A DNA stretch of 64,000 bases, from assembly GCA_040006935.1 (NCBI GenBank), contig JBDTVZ010000001.1, positions 295,772 to 359,771 of the forward strand. Direction: 5' to 3'. This document shows, piece by piece, positions 25,266 to 36,042 of the stretch. The first letter of the stretch is position 1. The number at the start of each line of letters is the position of its first letter. The stretch is from Candidatus Dojkabacteria bacterium. GTDB taxonomy: Bacteria; Patescibacteriota; Dojkabacteria; J137. Both the position numbers and the translations under genes were made by a program. The notes beneath the pieces were generated by a model. That model ran no database searches. It saw only the letters and a program-made list of their open reading frames with translations, and was not told the origin of the DNA.

Positions 25266-26024
25266 ATGAATAAAATTATAATATCAGTCAAAAATTTAAT
25301 AAAGAAATATGGAGATTTTCAAGCTGTAAAAGGAATCAGTTTTGATGTATACGAAGGAGAAATCTTTGGACTTTTGGGACCTAATGGAGCAGGAAAGACT
25401 ACTACTCTTGAAATAATGGAAACACTCAGAGATGAAAGTGATGGAGAAGTAACTGTAGGAGGATATTCGATTAATAAGGACCCAGCCAAGGTGAAATCTA
25501 TTATTGGTGTTCAACTTCAAGCAGCTGGTTTTCACCCTGGTTTAAAATTAACTGAGATTTTAGAGCTCTTTGCAAGTTTATATGGAGTAAGGATAAATCC
25601 GATTGAGTTTTTGGAAAAGATTTCACTTAAAGACAAAGCCAAAGCTAAGATTAAAGAACTTTCTGGAGGTCAAAAACAAAGATTTTCCATAGCAACAACT
25701 TTAATAAATAACCCAAAAGTTATTTTTTTGGACGAACCTTCAACAGGTTTGGACCCTCAAGCACGAAGAAATTTATGGGATTTAATTAAAGAAATTAGAG
25801 ATAGTGGGACAACAGTTGTAATTACAACTCACTTTATGGATGAGGCAGAATATTTGTGCGATAGAGTAGCAATTATAGATGAAGGTATAATTTTAAAAAT
25901 AGATACACCAGATAATTTGATAGATCAACTTATCCATAAAGGATTTACAAAACCAAAACCTGCTAAAGATGCAAGTTTGGAAGATGTATTTATTGATTTA
26001 ACTGGGAAAGCACTTAGAGAGTAA
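25266..26024 (+). CDS. ABC-2 type transporter ATP-binding protein
   Basis: GPNGAGKTT, LSGGQKQR, FLDEP, TTH; TTGACA-N17-TACCAT promoter upstream. Confidence 0.95.
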   Translation: MNKIIISVKNLIKKYGDFQAVKGISFDVYEGEIFGLLGPNGAGKTTTLEIMETLRDESDGEVTVGGYSINKDPAKVKSIIGVQLQAAGFHPGLKLTEILELFASLYGVRINPIEFLEKISLKDKAKAKIKELSGGQKQRFSIATTLINNPKVIFLDEPSTGLDPQARRNLWDLIKEIRDSGTTVVITTHFMDEAEYLCDRVAIIDEGIILKIDTPDNLIDQLIHKGFTKPKPAKDASLEDVFIDLTGKALRE

Positions 26025-26039
26025 ATTTAATTAAAAACT

Positions 26040-27179
26040 ATGAGTCAAGGTAAACCAACGCAAATTAGAGCTATTCTTGCATTAACCAAAGCAAGCTTAC
26101 TTTCTACTTTTAGAAACCCATCCGCAGTATTTTTTAGCTTTGCGTTCCCATTTATTTTTATTATTGTATTTGGACTTTTAGCACAAGGAAGTAGTGCAAT
26201 TGATATAGGAGTTAGGCAGAATTCAGATAAATCTGGAATTTTTTACGAGACTTTAGATAAACTCTCACAGGATAACGGTGATAAGAAGAAAATTGTAAAT
26301 TTGATTACTGACAAAACCGATGATGAGCTAAATGATCAGTTAAAAAAGGGTCAAATTCCTCTAGTTATAAACCTACATAAAAAAGGTGATGTAAATGTAG
26401 TTGATCAAACAGTAGGAGTTTATGATTTAACTGTAGAAAGATCTGCCGCATCTCAATCTTCTCAATCTGCAGAAACTATTGTGAATAGTATTACTGAGAG
26501 TATAAATAACCCAGATGATCCTTCAAGAGTAAAGTTAATTAATACTAATGTTGTAACAGTTGAGGGTAGAAAGTATACACAAATAGATTTTATACTTCCA
26601 GGACAGTTATCTTTTGCATTATTAATGAGCGCCATGAATGGAATAGCCTTTTCGTTTATTGCGTTAAGAAAAGAACTTGTTATTAAAAGAATATTTGCAA
26701 CACCTACAAGTAAATCATCAATTATACTTTCAGAAATTTTAAGTAAAATTGTTCTCGCTGTTTTGCAATCTTTATTAATAATTACAGTTGGGAATATATT
26801 CTTCGGGTTTACTCTTGCAAATGGAATTTGGACATTACTGTCAATGATTACACTAGCAATTATTGGATTATTAGTATTCCTTGGATTTGGTTTATTAGTT
26901 ACAACCTTTGGTAATGACGAGGATGCAATTGCACCAGCAGCTAATTTAATTTCAATGCCTCAGTTATTTTTATCTGGTTCGTTCTTCCCAATTGATGCTT
27001 TCCCTTCATTCTTGCAGCCTATTGCAAGAATTCTTCCGATGACGTTTTTAAATGACGCTATGAGAAAAGTTGCTTTTGAAGGAGTTCCACTGTCCGATAC
27101 ATTACCTCAAATTTTAGGATTAATTGTTTGGGGAATTCTAATTTATATTATTGTAGTAAGGCTATTTAAATGGGAATAA
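26040..27179 (+). CDS. ABC-2 type transporter permease
   Basis: 1+5 TM topology, FLSGSFFPI, C-terminal FKWE. Confidence 0.92.
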   Translation: MSQGKPTQIRAILALTKASLLSTFRNPSAVFFSFAFPFIFIIVFGLLAQGSSAIDIGVRQNSDKSGIFYETLDKLSQDNGDKKKIVNLITDKTDDELNDQLKKGQIPLVINLHKKGDVNVVDQTVGVYDLTVERSAASQSSQSAETIVNSITESINNPDDPSRVKLINTNVVTVEGRKYTQIDFILPGQLSFALLMSAMNGIAFSFIALRKELVIKRIFATPTSKSSIILSEILSKIVLAVLQSLLIITVGNIFFGFTLANGIWTLLSMITLAIIGLLVFLGFGLLVTTFGNDEDAIAPAANLISMPQLFLSGSFFPIDAFPSFLQPIARILPMTFLNDAMRKVAFEGVPLSDTLPQILGLIVWGILIYIIVVRLFKWE

Positions 27180-30100
27180 CTACATAGAACAATATTCACA
27201 TTCTCGGCACAAAGGATATTCTTCAGTTCCTGAGAATTCTAGATTCCTAATCTTAGTAATAACATCTTTGATTTTTTCTTTCAAAATATTTACATCTTCG
27301 TTTGTAATTTCCAAAGAAACTCGTTTAAACTGTCCATTTGGTTGTGGTTTTAAGAAGTCAACTTCAGCTTGTTGCACTTCGTATTTTGAAGAATTTATAT
27401 TAGATCTAAAGTGTTCATCGCATTCTGCTAGTAACTTATAGAAAACTAGTTGTCTGAATATATTTCCTTTAGAATTTTTTGTTAAACCTCTGATAGAATT
27501 TTCACTTTCAGGAACTTTAGTTTTGTAATCAATAACTTTCACTTTTGTAACTTGTCCTAATGTATCTTTTTCCAATGGTTCTATTTTATCCATCTTTCCA
27601 GATAAAGGAATTGCATCTATTCCAGGTATTTCTAAAAGAAGGTTTCTTCCATAAAATCCATACTCAACTTCAATTGGTTTTACAAAAGTTCCTTTATAGA
27701 AATTATAATATTCATCGATGATTTTATTTCCTTCTATTAATACCGATTCAAAGTCCTCAGGACCTAGTAATTCTCGTTCTAGCTGTTGTTGAAATAAAAA
27801 TTTAAGATAATTATTATCTTTTTCATCTCCCTTTATTAAGCTTCTGTAAAAATGTTCTAATGCAAAGTGCATCGCATTTCCCAATGCAATACTTTTATCT
27901 TTAAATTTAGGAACTTTTAATAATCTGTTGAATTTAAATTTTAATGGACATTCAATATATTCGTTTAATGCGCTGGCGCTTAATTTGAAGTTTGATATTA
28001 AATATTTCAAGTATTCTTCTTCCGAAATAGAGTAGTTTGTTGCTACTGCTGGCTTTAGAATATTCTTTAATCTCTCAATATCAATTTCTTCATATTTTTG
28101 TGTATTTACTTTCTCTATTAAATTCTCCGGAAGTTCTGCTAAAAATTGACTTGGTGATGTTTGCGTTGTTGAATTTCCACTCGGGTAAGATTGTGCGTAT
28201 GTGATATAAACAAATTCCTTAGCTCTAGTTAAGGCTACAAAAAATAATCTCCTTTCGTCTTCAATTTCGTCTATTTCTTCTGGATCTTCGTCTGTGTTTA
28301 GTAAAAGTTTTATTTTATTTTTATCTGCGGCTCCACCCCAAGTTTTATCTACAAATTTAATTATGAAAACATGTTTAAATTCTAATCCTTTGGATTTATG
28401 TGCTGTTAATAAATTTACCCCTTTTCTATTAATCTCTAAATCTTTTTCATTTATAGGCATTTTTTCCTCTTCCAAAGTTGTTAAATCTGATAAAAATTCC
28501 GCAAGAGAAATTTTCTTATTCAATTTATTTACGTCTTTTGTATATGAAAAGAATGAGTTCACTGAATTTATATTCTCTATAGAAGTTTCATTTTTATCTG
28601 TTTTCTTAAATACATAATCTATAAATCCACTTTCACTTCCAACTACTTCTAAAAATTGTGTAATTGATAAATTGCTTGATACTCCTTTCCAGTTGGCAAT
28701 TTTTAAGGCAAAGTTTTTTAAATCTTCTTCTTGTTTTAAATTCAAACCTCGTAACTTTTCTTGAAATTCTTCCTTTGTTAGTAAATCAAAGATTGAGAGT
28801 TTTTCATCTCCCGCTATTCTTGTAATTTTAAAAATATCAAGTCTATCAAAGTTAAGAAAATTAAAAAACAATACTTTGAATAATAAAAAATCACGATCTT
28901 TATTTGTATACTCAATTGTTTTTAATAAATCTATAAACTGTTCTACTACTTTATTATCTGTGGCATTTTTACCCGCTGTAACTTGAAGTGGAATATTTTC
29001 TTTTACTAAGGCTTCGATTAATTCTGTTGCATTCGAATGATTTCTATAAATTATTGCAACATCTTTTAAATCAATTCCTTGAGATTGAAGTTCTTTTATT
29101 TTATCTACAATATAAGCAATTTCACCATCTGAAGTATTGAATTCCAAGATTTGTGCTTTATGATTTGGAATTTCAATTGCTGCTTTTAATTTTTTATTTA
29201 AGTAAGGAATATAATTTACCAATCTCGCTTTATTATTTTCTATAACTCCTGATGCAAGGTCTAATATGTTTTGACTAGATCGGTAATTCTCTGTGATTGG
29301 AATAGTTTGAACATTTTGAAATTGTTTTTCAAAAAACAATAAATTTTCTACATTTGCTCCTTGGAATCTGTAAATTGCTTGGTCGTCATCTCCAACTGCA
29401 AATATATTTGGTGAACTATCAAAGTTTCCCAGATATTTTAAAATTTCATTTTGAGCTCCATTTGTATCTTGGTATTCATCGACTAGAATATATAAATATT
29501 TTTCTTGGTAAGAAGATAAAATATCTGGATTTGTTTTAAATTTTTCTAGAACAAATAGAATCATGTCTTCGTAATCGTAGAATCCTTTTTCTGTTAAGAG
29601 AGCAGAGTACGTTTTATAAATTCTAGAAAGTTCTAAATTCTTCTGAGCACTTTTTCGGGCTGTATCCCATTTCCCAGTTGGCTTTCCTGTTTTTTTATTG
29701 ATTGCTGTATTTGATTCTAAATCTTCAATTACTTTCTGTGCATTTTTTTCTAAAGTTTCTGGAGTAACTCCTTCTCGTTTTAATGTTTGAATAGAGGAGT
29801 TTATAGCTCTAATATATGAATACTTATCTCTAAAAGGAATTAATTTGAACTCTGATTTTCCAACCTCAATCTCAACTTTATCAATTGCTTCTCTTAGTAA
29901 TTTTAGACGATTTAAATCGTCTAACTGAGTTAGTTCTTTTGAGAACATAAATTCTTCAGGGAAGGTTTGAATTACTTCATTGCAAAAACTATGGAAAGTA
30001 TGAATTCGAACATAATATGCATCGTTTCCTATCATTTCTAACAGTCTTCTTCGCATTGCTGTTACTCCAGACTCTGTGAATGTTAAACAAAGAATATTAG

Positions 30101-30266
30101 AGGCGTTGGCATCTGTTTTTTGGAGTATATTTGCAATCCTAAGAGTAAGAACCTGTGTTTTACCAGTTCCTGGACCTGCAACAACTAAAACTGGTCCTTC
30201 AACTGTTTCGACGGCTTTTCGTTGTTGTGGATTGAGTTTTTCTAAAAGGTGGTCAATATTCTGCAT
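27180..30266 (-). CDS. UvrD/PcrA-like helicase fused to C-terminal PD-(D/E)XK nuclease
   Basis: AGPGTGKT, DEYQD, GDDDQAIY, NYRS, HKSKGLEF, ERRLFFVALTRA; nuclease GKMDK..IDYK..QLVFY; Cys set ECPL..CRECEYC. Confidence 0.92.
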   Translation of the reverse strand: MQNIDHLLEKLNPQQRKAVETVEGPVLVVAGPGTGKTQVLTLRIANILQKTDANASNILCLTFTESGVTAMRRRLLEMIGNDAYYVRIHTFHSFCNEVIQTFPEEFMFSKELTQLDDLNRLKLLREAIDKVEIEVGKSEFKLIPFRDKYSYIRAINSSIQTLKREGVTPETLEKNAQKVIEDLESNTAINKKTGKPTGKWDTARKSAQKNLELSRIYKTYSALLTEKGFYDYEDMILFVLEKFKTNPDILSSYQEKYLYILVDEYQDTNGAQNEILKYLGNFDSSPNIFAVGDDDQAIYRFQGANVENLLFFEKQFQNVQTIPITENYRSSQNILDLASGVIENNKARLVNYIPYLNKKLKAAIEIPNHKAQILEFNTSDGEIAYIVDKIKELQSQGIDLKDVAIIYRNHSNATELIEALVKENIPLQVTAGKNATDNKVVEQFIDLLKTIEYTNKDRDFLLFKVLFFNFLNFDRLDIFKITRIAGDEKLSIFDLLTKEEFQEKLRGLNLKQEEDLKNFALKIANWKGVSSNLSITQFLEVVGSESGFIDYVFKKTDKNETSIENINSVNSFFSYTKDVNKLNKKISLAEFLSDLTTLEEEKMPINEKDLEINRKGVNLLTAHKSKGLEFKHVFIIKFVDKTWGGAADKNKIKLLLNTDEDPEEIDEIEDERRLFFVALTRAKEFVYITYAQSYPSGNSTTQTSPSQFLAELPENLIEKVNTQKYEEIDIERLKNILKPAVATNYSISEEEYLKYLISNFKLSASALNEYIECPLKFKFNRLLKVPKFKDKSIALGNAMHFALEHFYRSLIKGDEKDNNYLKFLFQQQLERELLGPEDFESVLIEGNKIIDEYYNFYKGTFVKPIEVEYGFYGRNLLLEIPGIDAIPLSGKMDKIEPLEKDTLGQVTKVKVIDYKTKVPESENSIRGLTKNSKGNIFRQLVFYKLLAECDEHFRSNINSSKYEVQQAEVDFLKPQPNGQFKRVSLEITNEDVNILKEKIKDVITKIRNLEFSGTEEYPLCRECEYCSM

Positions 30267-30310
30267 GAACTATTTATACCACAACTTTTAGAAACGTGAA
30301 GGAAAGTTAA

Positions 30311-30838
30311 TTATTTTCTATCTGTCTTGTGTAGAGGACTGTAGAATGGATCTTCGGGAAGAATGGAGTTGGGTAATTTATATTCTGTTTTGAACTCTTC
30401 ATCAACTGTATCAAGCAATTGATTAGTTACCTCTGATCCAAAAATAAGATCGTTAATTTCTCTTAAGAAGAGGAGTCTTTTATTATCATCAGGAATAATG
30501 TAATCCCTCATTCTTAATGCAATTTTCTTATATAAACCCAATATATTTAAATATATTTCTTCATTTGTTTTTTTAGATGCTTTTTCTGCAAAGGTATCTG
30601 CAATAACACCTTTAGGGTAATTACTTCTTACTAAAAGTACATATTCCCATGCACTTTTAATATTTTCTAAGGATAAAGATCTATTTTCATAGCTTAGTAA
30701 ATCTGGTTCATTTACGGCTTCTAAAGAAGCAAAAACTTCTTCTAAAAGTATGGTAAAACAATTTTCAGCCGCAGTTAAACTAAGCTCTGGTTGTACAAAC
30801 CAAACCAAGTTCATTCTTTGTTCTTGTGCTGCCTCCAT
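30311..30838 (-). CDS. Hypothetical protein
   Basis: 175-aa ORF with its own TTGACA-N18-TATAAT promoter (about 30889-30860). Confidence 0.7.
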   Translation of the reverse strand: MEAAQEQRMNLVWFVQPELSLTAAENCFTILLEEVFASLEAVNEPDLLSYENRSLSLENIKSAWEYVLLVRSNYPKGVIADTFAEKASKKTNEEIYLNILGLYKKIALRMRDYIIPDDNKRLLFLREINDLIFGSEVTNQLLDTVDEEFKTEYKLPNSILPEDPFYSPLHKTDRK

Positions 30839-30965
30839 AAAAGTTGACTAAGATCTAGAATTATATCAAATCATAATTTATTATGTCAACACTTTACGGC
30901 GACATAATTACATTCACACAAGAGTAGGAATACACTGTAAATAAAGCAGAATTAACTATAGGAAG

Positions 30966-31571
30966 TTATTTTAAGCTACTTTCACCTGCACCTATCACAC
31001 CGATTTCATCTGCAGGCCATATTCTTAAGAAGATTTTACCTTGAAGCCAATCTTCTTGAATTATTCCAATATATCTAGAATCCGAGCTTACACGTCTGTT
31101 ATCACCCATTACAAAATAGTTTTCTTCTGGAAGAGTTAGATCCTTTCCTTCTTTTAAGTATGTACCACCACCAGTATATGTTCCTGAAGGTAGATAACTT
31201 TCTTCTAATTCCTTACCATTTATATAGACTTTTCCATTTTCTACTCTAATTGTTTCCCCAGGTAATCCAATAACTCTTTTGATTAAGGAAACTATTCCTG
31301 GTTTATCTACTACCACGACATCTCCTCGTTTATATTCAAGGCCTAAAGTTTTACCTACTTGAGTTGAACCTACCCAATGCGAAAGTCTATTAGTATAAAG
31401 TCTATCTCCAGTAGTGTAGTTTGGCTGCATAGAACTCCCATCTACTTCGTTTGGAGCAGCCACGAAGGTGATTATAAATATACAAATTACTATGGAAACT
31501 ATAACAGATTGGCCAAATTCAATAATTTGTTTTTTAAATTCGGGTGTAAGAATATTTTTCATATTCCTCAT
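30966..31571 (-). CDS. lepB: Signal peptidase I
   Basis: GSSMQP, RGDVVV, IKRVIGLPGE, GDNR..SSDSR. Confidence 0.95.
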   Translation of the reverse strand: MRNMKNILTPEFKKQIIEFGQSVIVSIVICIFIITFVAAPNEVDGSSMQPNYTTGDRLYTNRLSHWVGSTQVGKTLGLEYKRGDVVVVDKPGIVSLIKRVIGLPGETIRVENGKVYINGKELEESYLPSGTYTGGGTYLKEGKDLTLPEENYFVMGDNRRVSSDSRYIGIIQEDWLQGKIFLRIWPADEIGVIGAGESSLK

Positions 31572-31610
31572 TTTACAGTAATAATGGAATTTTGAGGAGT
31601 GGAAAAACTT

Positions 31611-32237
31611 TTAAGGCCTGAATATATAATCTAAGTATTCCTTTTCCTCGATATAGAAAGGCATATATTTAGGCTTCTGCTCATCCGGTGAGAGTGAACT
31701 GTCAGGTTCATATTGAATTAATTCATAATGTGTGTATAAATCATCTCTGACTGGAGTAAAGTTCCCATCAAGATCACGATTTAAATAGCTTAATATCCTT
31801 CTATAAAATCTATAGCTATCTATTTCGTCCTCTGAAGCAAAATCACCTTCAATTAGAAGTTCATATCTAATTTTTACACTTAATTCAGTAAATATTCGAT
31901 TTATTTTTTCTATGAATGGGGATACAATCACCTCAAATACTTCGTCTATATTTAGTTTCTTGTTAGATTTAAAAGAATTGTAAATTATTGCAATACATCT
32001 TAAGAGTTCATCTTGATAATCTACATTTTCAGGATCTTCTAAAAAATTTTTAGCAGCAAAATTAAATAAAGCTATGACATCTTCAGCTTGATATTGTTTT
32101 TCATCTTCTGAAATAGGAGTAGATACTAGAGTTAGAAGGCTAATTCCAAAGTAACTTTCTAGGAAACTATTATAATCAACTAGTAATTGACTTTCTCCAA
32201 ATTTTACTATGCCATCTTCAACTATTATATCTGCCAT
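31611..32237 (-). CDS. Hypothetical acidic protein
   Basis: 208-aa ORF. Confidence 0.65.
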   Translation of the reverse strand: MADIIVEDGIVKFGESQLLVDYNSFLESYFGISLLTLVSTPISEDEKQYQAEDVIALFNFAAKNFLEDPENVDYQDELLRCIAIIYNSFKSNKKLNIDEVFEVIVSPFIEKINRIFTELSVKIRYELLIEGDFASEDEIDSYRFYRRILSYLNRDLDGNFTPVRDDLYTHYELIQYEPDSSLSPDEQKPKYMPFYIEEKEYLDYIFRP

Positions 32238-32240
32238 TAT

Positions 32241-32786
32241 TTATTGTTCTAAAATTTGTTTTATTGGACTAGGTTTTCTAAACTGCCATACAAGTTCTTT
32301 CCCATTCAAATTAATTGTATGCTCTGTATAAAATTGCTCTATTAGGTCAATATATTTAAATACTAACACTTTTAGTGCCTGTTTAAATTTAGTTTGTCTA
32401 ACTAGATCATAAGATTGAAAGCGTTTATCTGCTAAGAATAAATTTCCCAAATTCAAGTCTAATAATAATTCTTGTCCTGGATTAATCTTAATCTGGAAAA
32501 CTTTGCTTAACATATCTTTCATTGTTTGAAATACTAAAAGATCCTCAGTAATATTTGCTGTTATTACGTTTATATAAGTTTTATTAAAAGCTGTCCAAAG
32601 TTCAATATAGAAATTCTCAATTCTAGAATTGAGCTCAACTCTTGTTGAATCATTTCTAATTAATGACTCTAACTTATTAATAATATTATTATATTTTTTT
32701 TGAAGCCCGTAAATTTCAGGATCTAGGAGAAGATCTAAATCTTTTGAAGAATCTACTTTAACAACAATGTCTCCATTCAATGGCAT
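32241..32786 (-). CDS. Hypothetical protein
   Basis: 181-aa ORF. Confidence 0.65.
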   Translation of the reverse strand: MPLNGDIVVKVDSSKDLDLLLDPEIYGLQKKYNNIINKLESLIRNDSTRVELNSRIENFYIELWTAFNKTYINVITANITEDLLVFQTMKDMLSKVFQIKINPGQELLLDLNLGNLFLADKRFQSYDLVRQTKFKQALKVLVFKYIDLIEQFYTEHTINLNGKELVWQFRKPSPIKQILEQ

Positions 32787-32866
32787 ATATTTATATAACC
32801 GTTATAGGATTATACCGGTTTAATTATATATTCTGCAAGTGAATCTAATAAAATGTACGTCAGAAT

Positions 32867-33559
32867 TCAAGGCTCCATAACTTCACTTCTTAGTATCTTT
32901 GGATGCAAGGATTTACCCAATTTTTCCTCGAGAAAGGAAATAAGATCTTGTAGAGTAGAGTTTTCTCTTAGTGAATTAAATAGTAAAAGTAAACTGTCTA
33001 ATTTCTGTAGCTCAACGACTACGCTTACATTTGATATTTGATGCATAACTTCCAAGGAAAAATACCCGAGATATTTATTAATTAGGTCTTTAATTAAAAA
33101 AGGATCAATATCAATCCCAACAGCTTTGGAATATCTTAATTGTTGAAGGAAACAAGATAACAATTCAGGCCCATTATCTTCTGTTAGAATTTTCATTCTC
33201 AAACAAAGCTCAATGTATCGCTGCTCAAATACTTTAAAGTATTCTCTAAAATATTCACCATGGGGTATTTCCGACACTATTTTCTCAAGGTAAATTATCT
33301 CTCCTTCTACATCTTCAAGTATTAATTGAGAAGTTGAGTTGGGTGGGAAACATTCCTGCAACCTCAATTGATTTCTCTTTATTAGAAACCATAAGCTTCT
33401 TCGAGGATCCGCTTCCTGAATAGCCTTTTGGCTAATAGAAGTCATCTCCAATATTTCCACCGGCATTTCCAGATATGGGCGTAGTTCTTCAGTATCTGGA
33501 AATAACGAAAGTCTCTTACTAGTGTTAACAAACATAATAGTCGACTGATCTATGTTCAT
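32867..33559 (-). CDS. Hypothetical protein
   Basis: ORF; start MNIDQ chosen because it lies downstream of a TATAAT. Confidence 0.6.
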   Translation of the reverse strand: MNIDQSTIMFVNTSKRLSLFPDTEELRPYLEMPVEILEMTSISQKAIQEADPRRSLWFLIKRNQLRLQECFPPNSTSQLILEDVEGEIIYLEKIVSEIPHGEYFREYFKVFEQRYIELCLRMKILTEDNGPELLSCFLQQLRYSKAVGIDIDPFLIKDLINKYLGYFSLEVMHQISNVSVVVELQKLDSLLLLFNSLRENSTLQDLISFLEEKLGKSLHPKILRSEVMEP

Positions 33560-33616
33560 AATAGTGAATAGGATAAATACCTCGCTATTATATTTAAGTG
33601 ACATTACGAAATCAAG

Positions 33617-33648
33617 AAAAAAAAGAGTCCCGTTTTAGAGGACTCTTT
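33617..33648 (-). terminator. Intrinsic terminator of fusA
   Basis: AAAGAGTCC..GGACTCTTT followed by a T-run on the minus strand. Confidence 0.85.
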
Positions 33649-33667
33649 ATACTTCACAAGATTTCTA

Positions 33668-35827
33668 CTATTTTGTTGTGGCTGTTCCTAATACTTTTTC
33701 CATGATATTTCTTGGAACTTCAGCATAGTGGCTTGGCTCCATGTTTCCGGCTGCAGTTCCAGAAGTTAGGTTTCTTAAATCCCCAATATATCCGAAAAGT
33801 TCTGCCAAAGGTGCTTCTGCAACAATTTCCTTAGTTTTACCTCTTTGTAAAAGATTCTTAATTAAACCTCTTTTTGAAGATAAATATCCAGTCACAGATC
33901 CAACATATTCATCCGGAACATTAATTGTTACATTCATAATTGGCTCTAATAGAACAGGATTCGCTTTTTTAATAGCATTTTTAATTCCATAGAATGCACA
34001 ACTTCTGAAAGTATCTGTATTTGAGTCCACATCGTGATAAGTACCATCTGTAATTTCTGCTTCAACATCAACAACAGGGAATCCTCCTAAAGGTCCTGCA
34101 GTAATAGATTCTTGGAATCCTTTATCAATAGCTGGGATATATTCTCTTGGAATAGATCCTCCTTTGATAGAATCCTTGAAGTTATATCCTGCTCCTCTTT
34201 CTCTTGGTCTAACTATCATATCAATATCTGCATATTGCCCAGCTCCTCCAGATTGTTTCTTCAAAAGTTCTCTGTGCTGTGCCTCTTCTTTAATAGTTTC
34301 TCTATAAGCTACCTGAGGCTTACCTACAGCAACTTCAATCCCGTACTCTCTCTTCATAATGTCTACTTTGATGTCCAAGTGCAACTCTCCCATTCCTGAG
34401 ATAATAACTTGTCCTGTTTCTGAGTCTGTTTTTGCTCTAAAAGTAGGATCTTCTGATACAAGTTTTGCAAGGACTTCACCCATCTTTTCTTGGTCAGACT
34501 TTGTTTTTGGCTCAATAGCAAAACTAACAACTGGTTCTGGGAAATTAATACTTTCAAGAATAATTGGATTTTTATCATCTGAGATTGTTTCTCCAGTTCT
34601 TGTATCTTTAAATCCTACGATAGCAGCGATATCTCCTGTCTTTACTTCTTTCACTTCCTCTCTGTGGTTTGCATGCATTAATAAAATTCGCCCAACTCTT
34701 TCCTTAATATCTTTTGAACTATTGTAAACATAAGATCCAGCTTGTAGTTTACCAGAGTAAACTCTAAAGAAAGCTAAGTTTCCAACGTGTGGGTCAACAG
34801 CAAGTTTAAATACTAAACCTGAGAAAGGTTCATTTTCATTAAGCTCTCTAGTTGTGAATTCACCAGTTTCTGGATTTGTTCCTGGAATTTTTCCTTTTAG
34901 CACTTTTTCTTCTCCTGTTTCTTTATCGTCATATGTATATTCTTTATCTAATGGAGAAGGTAAGTATAGACAAACATTATCTAACATTGCTTGCACACCT
35001 TTATTTCTTAAAGATGATCCAGCCATTACTGGGAATAGCTTTAAGGCTAGAGTAGCTTTTCGAACTCCTGATTCAAGTTCATCACCAGAAATTTCTTGTC
35101 CTTCTAAGTATTTCATTGCGATATCATCATCTGCATCTGCAACAACTTCGATAAGTTTTGTTCTCCATTCTAATGCTTTGGCCTTTAAGTCTTCGCTTAC
35201 TGGTTTTACTTCAATATCTTTTCCTTCATCGTCTAAGTGAATTCTAGTTTCCATTCTTACCAAATCGATTATTCCTTTGAATTCATTTTCAATTCCAATT
35301 GGTAGTGAGATTGGAACTGCTTTTTCTGTTAAGTGGTCTGTAATACTTGTGTAAGATTTATAGAAGTCTGCACCAATGTTATCTAGTTTATTAATGTAAC
35401 ACATTCTAGGAACTCTATATTTTTCTGCTTGGAACCAAACTTTTGAAGATTGTGGTTCAACTCCCATCTTTCCGTCGAATACAACAATTGCACCATCTAA
35501 AACTCTTAAAGATCTTTCTACTTCAGCAGTAAAGTCTACGTGCCCTGGTGTATCAATAATGTTAATTCTATATGGTTGATTTTTCAAGCTCCAAAATGCT
35601 GTTGTAGCAGCTGATTGGATGGTAATACCTCTTTCTCTTTCCTGTGCCATAAAGTCCATTTCGGCAGCTCCTTCATGAACTTCTCCTACTTTGTGTTTTC
35701 TACCTGTAAAGAATAAGATTCTTTCTGTAGTTGTAGTTTTACCTGCATCTACATGTGCAATAATTCCTATATTTCTATAGTACTTTGTATCTTTTACTTT
35801 CGTGTAATCTAAATGTACCTCTGCCAT
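33668..35827 (-). CDS. fusA: Elongation factor G
   Basis: RNIGIIAHVDAGKTT, ERERGITI, DTPGHVDF, GMGELHL, YHDVDS, LLEPIM. Confidence 0.97.
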   Translation of the reverse strand: MAEVHLDYTKVKDTKYYRNIGIIAHVDAGKTTTTERILFFTGRKHKVGEVHEGAAEMDFMAQERERGITIQSAATTAFWSLKNQPYRINIIDTPGHVDFTAEVERSLRVLDGAIVVFDGKMGVEPQSSKVWFQAEKYRVPRMCYINKLDNIGADFYKSYTSITDHLTEKAVPISLPIGIENEFKGIIDLVRMETRIHLDDEGKDIEVKPVSEDLKAKALEWRTKLIEVVADADDDIAMKYLEGQEISGDELESGVRKATLALKLFPVMAGSSLRNKGVQAMLDNVCLYLPSPLDKEYTYDDKETGEEKVLKGKIPGTNPETGEFTTRELNENEPFSGLVFKLAVDPHVGNLAFFRVYSGKLQAGSYVYNSSKDIKERVGRILLMHANHREEVKEVKTGDIAAIVGFKDTRTGETISDDKNPIILESINFPEPVVSFAIEPKTKSDQEKMGEVLAKLVSEDPTFRAKTDSETGQVIISGMGELHLDIKVDIMKREYGIEVAVGKPQVAYRETIKEEAQHRELLKKQSGGAGQYADIDMIVRPRERGAGYNFKDSIKGGSIPREYIPAIDKGFQESITAGPLGGFPVVDVEAEITDGTYHDVDSNTDTFRSCAFYGIKNAIKKANPVLLEPIMNVTINVPDEYVGSVTGYLSSKRGLIKNLLQRGKTKEIVAEAPLAELFGYIGDLRNLTSGTAAGNMEPSHYAEVPRNIMEKVLGTATTK

Positions 35828-36042
35828 AAAAAAATTATAAGTAATAAGTTTTTAGTTATAAGTTCACAGGTTTTGAGTTCTGGGAATAGCTTTTAAAGCC
35901 ACTACCAATATAGAAGTCTATCTTTATTAGTTATTCGTTATTCAACTGAAAACTTATAACTGAGAACTAAAAACTTGCTTCGAAGTATGCCACAAAAGCC
36001 TTTGAAAATCAAGCTATAGCTATCCTTTGCTAAAAGTTTAAC

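Noticed and set aside
30860-30892. dif-like CATAA..TTATG palindrome
   Set aside because: Spacer is 4 rather than 6 bp; better explained as a TTGACA/TATAAT promoter on the minus strand
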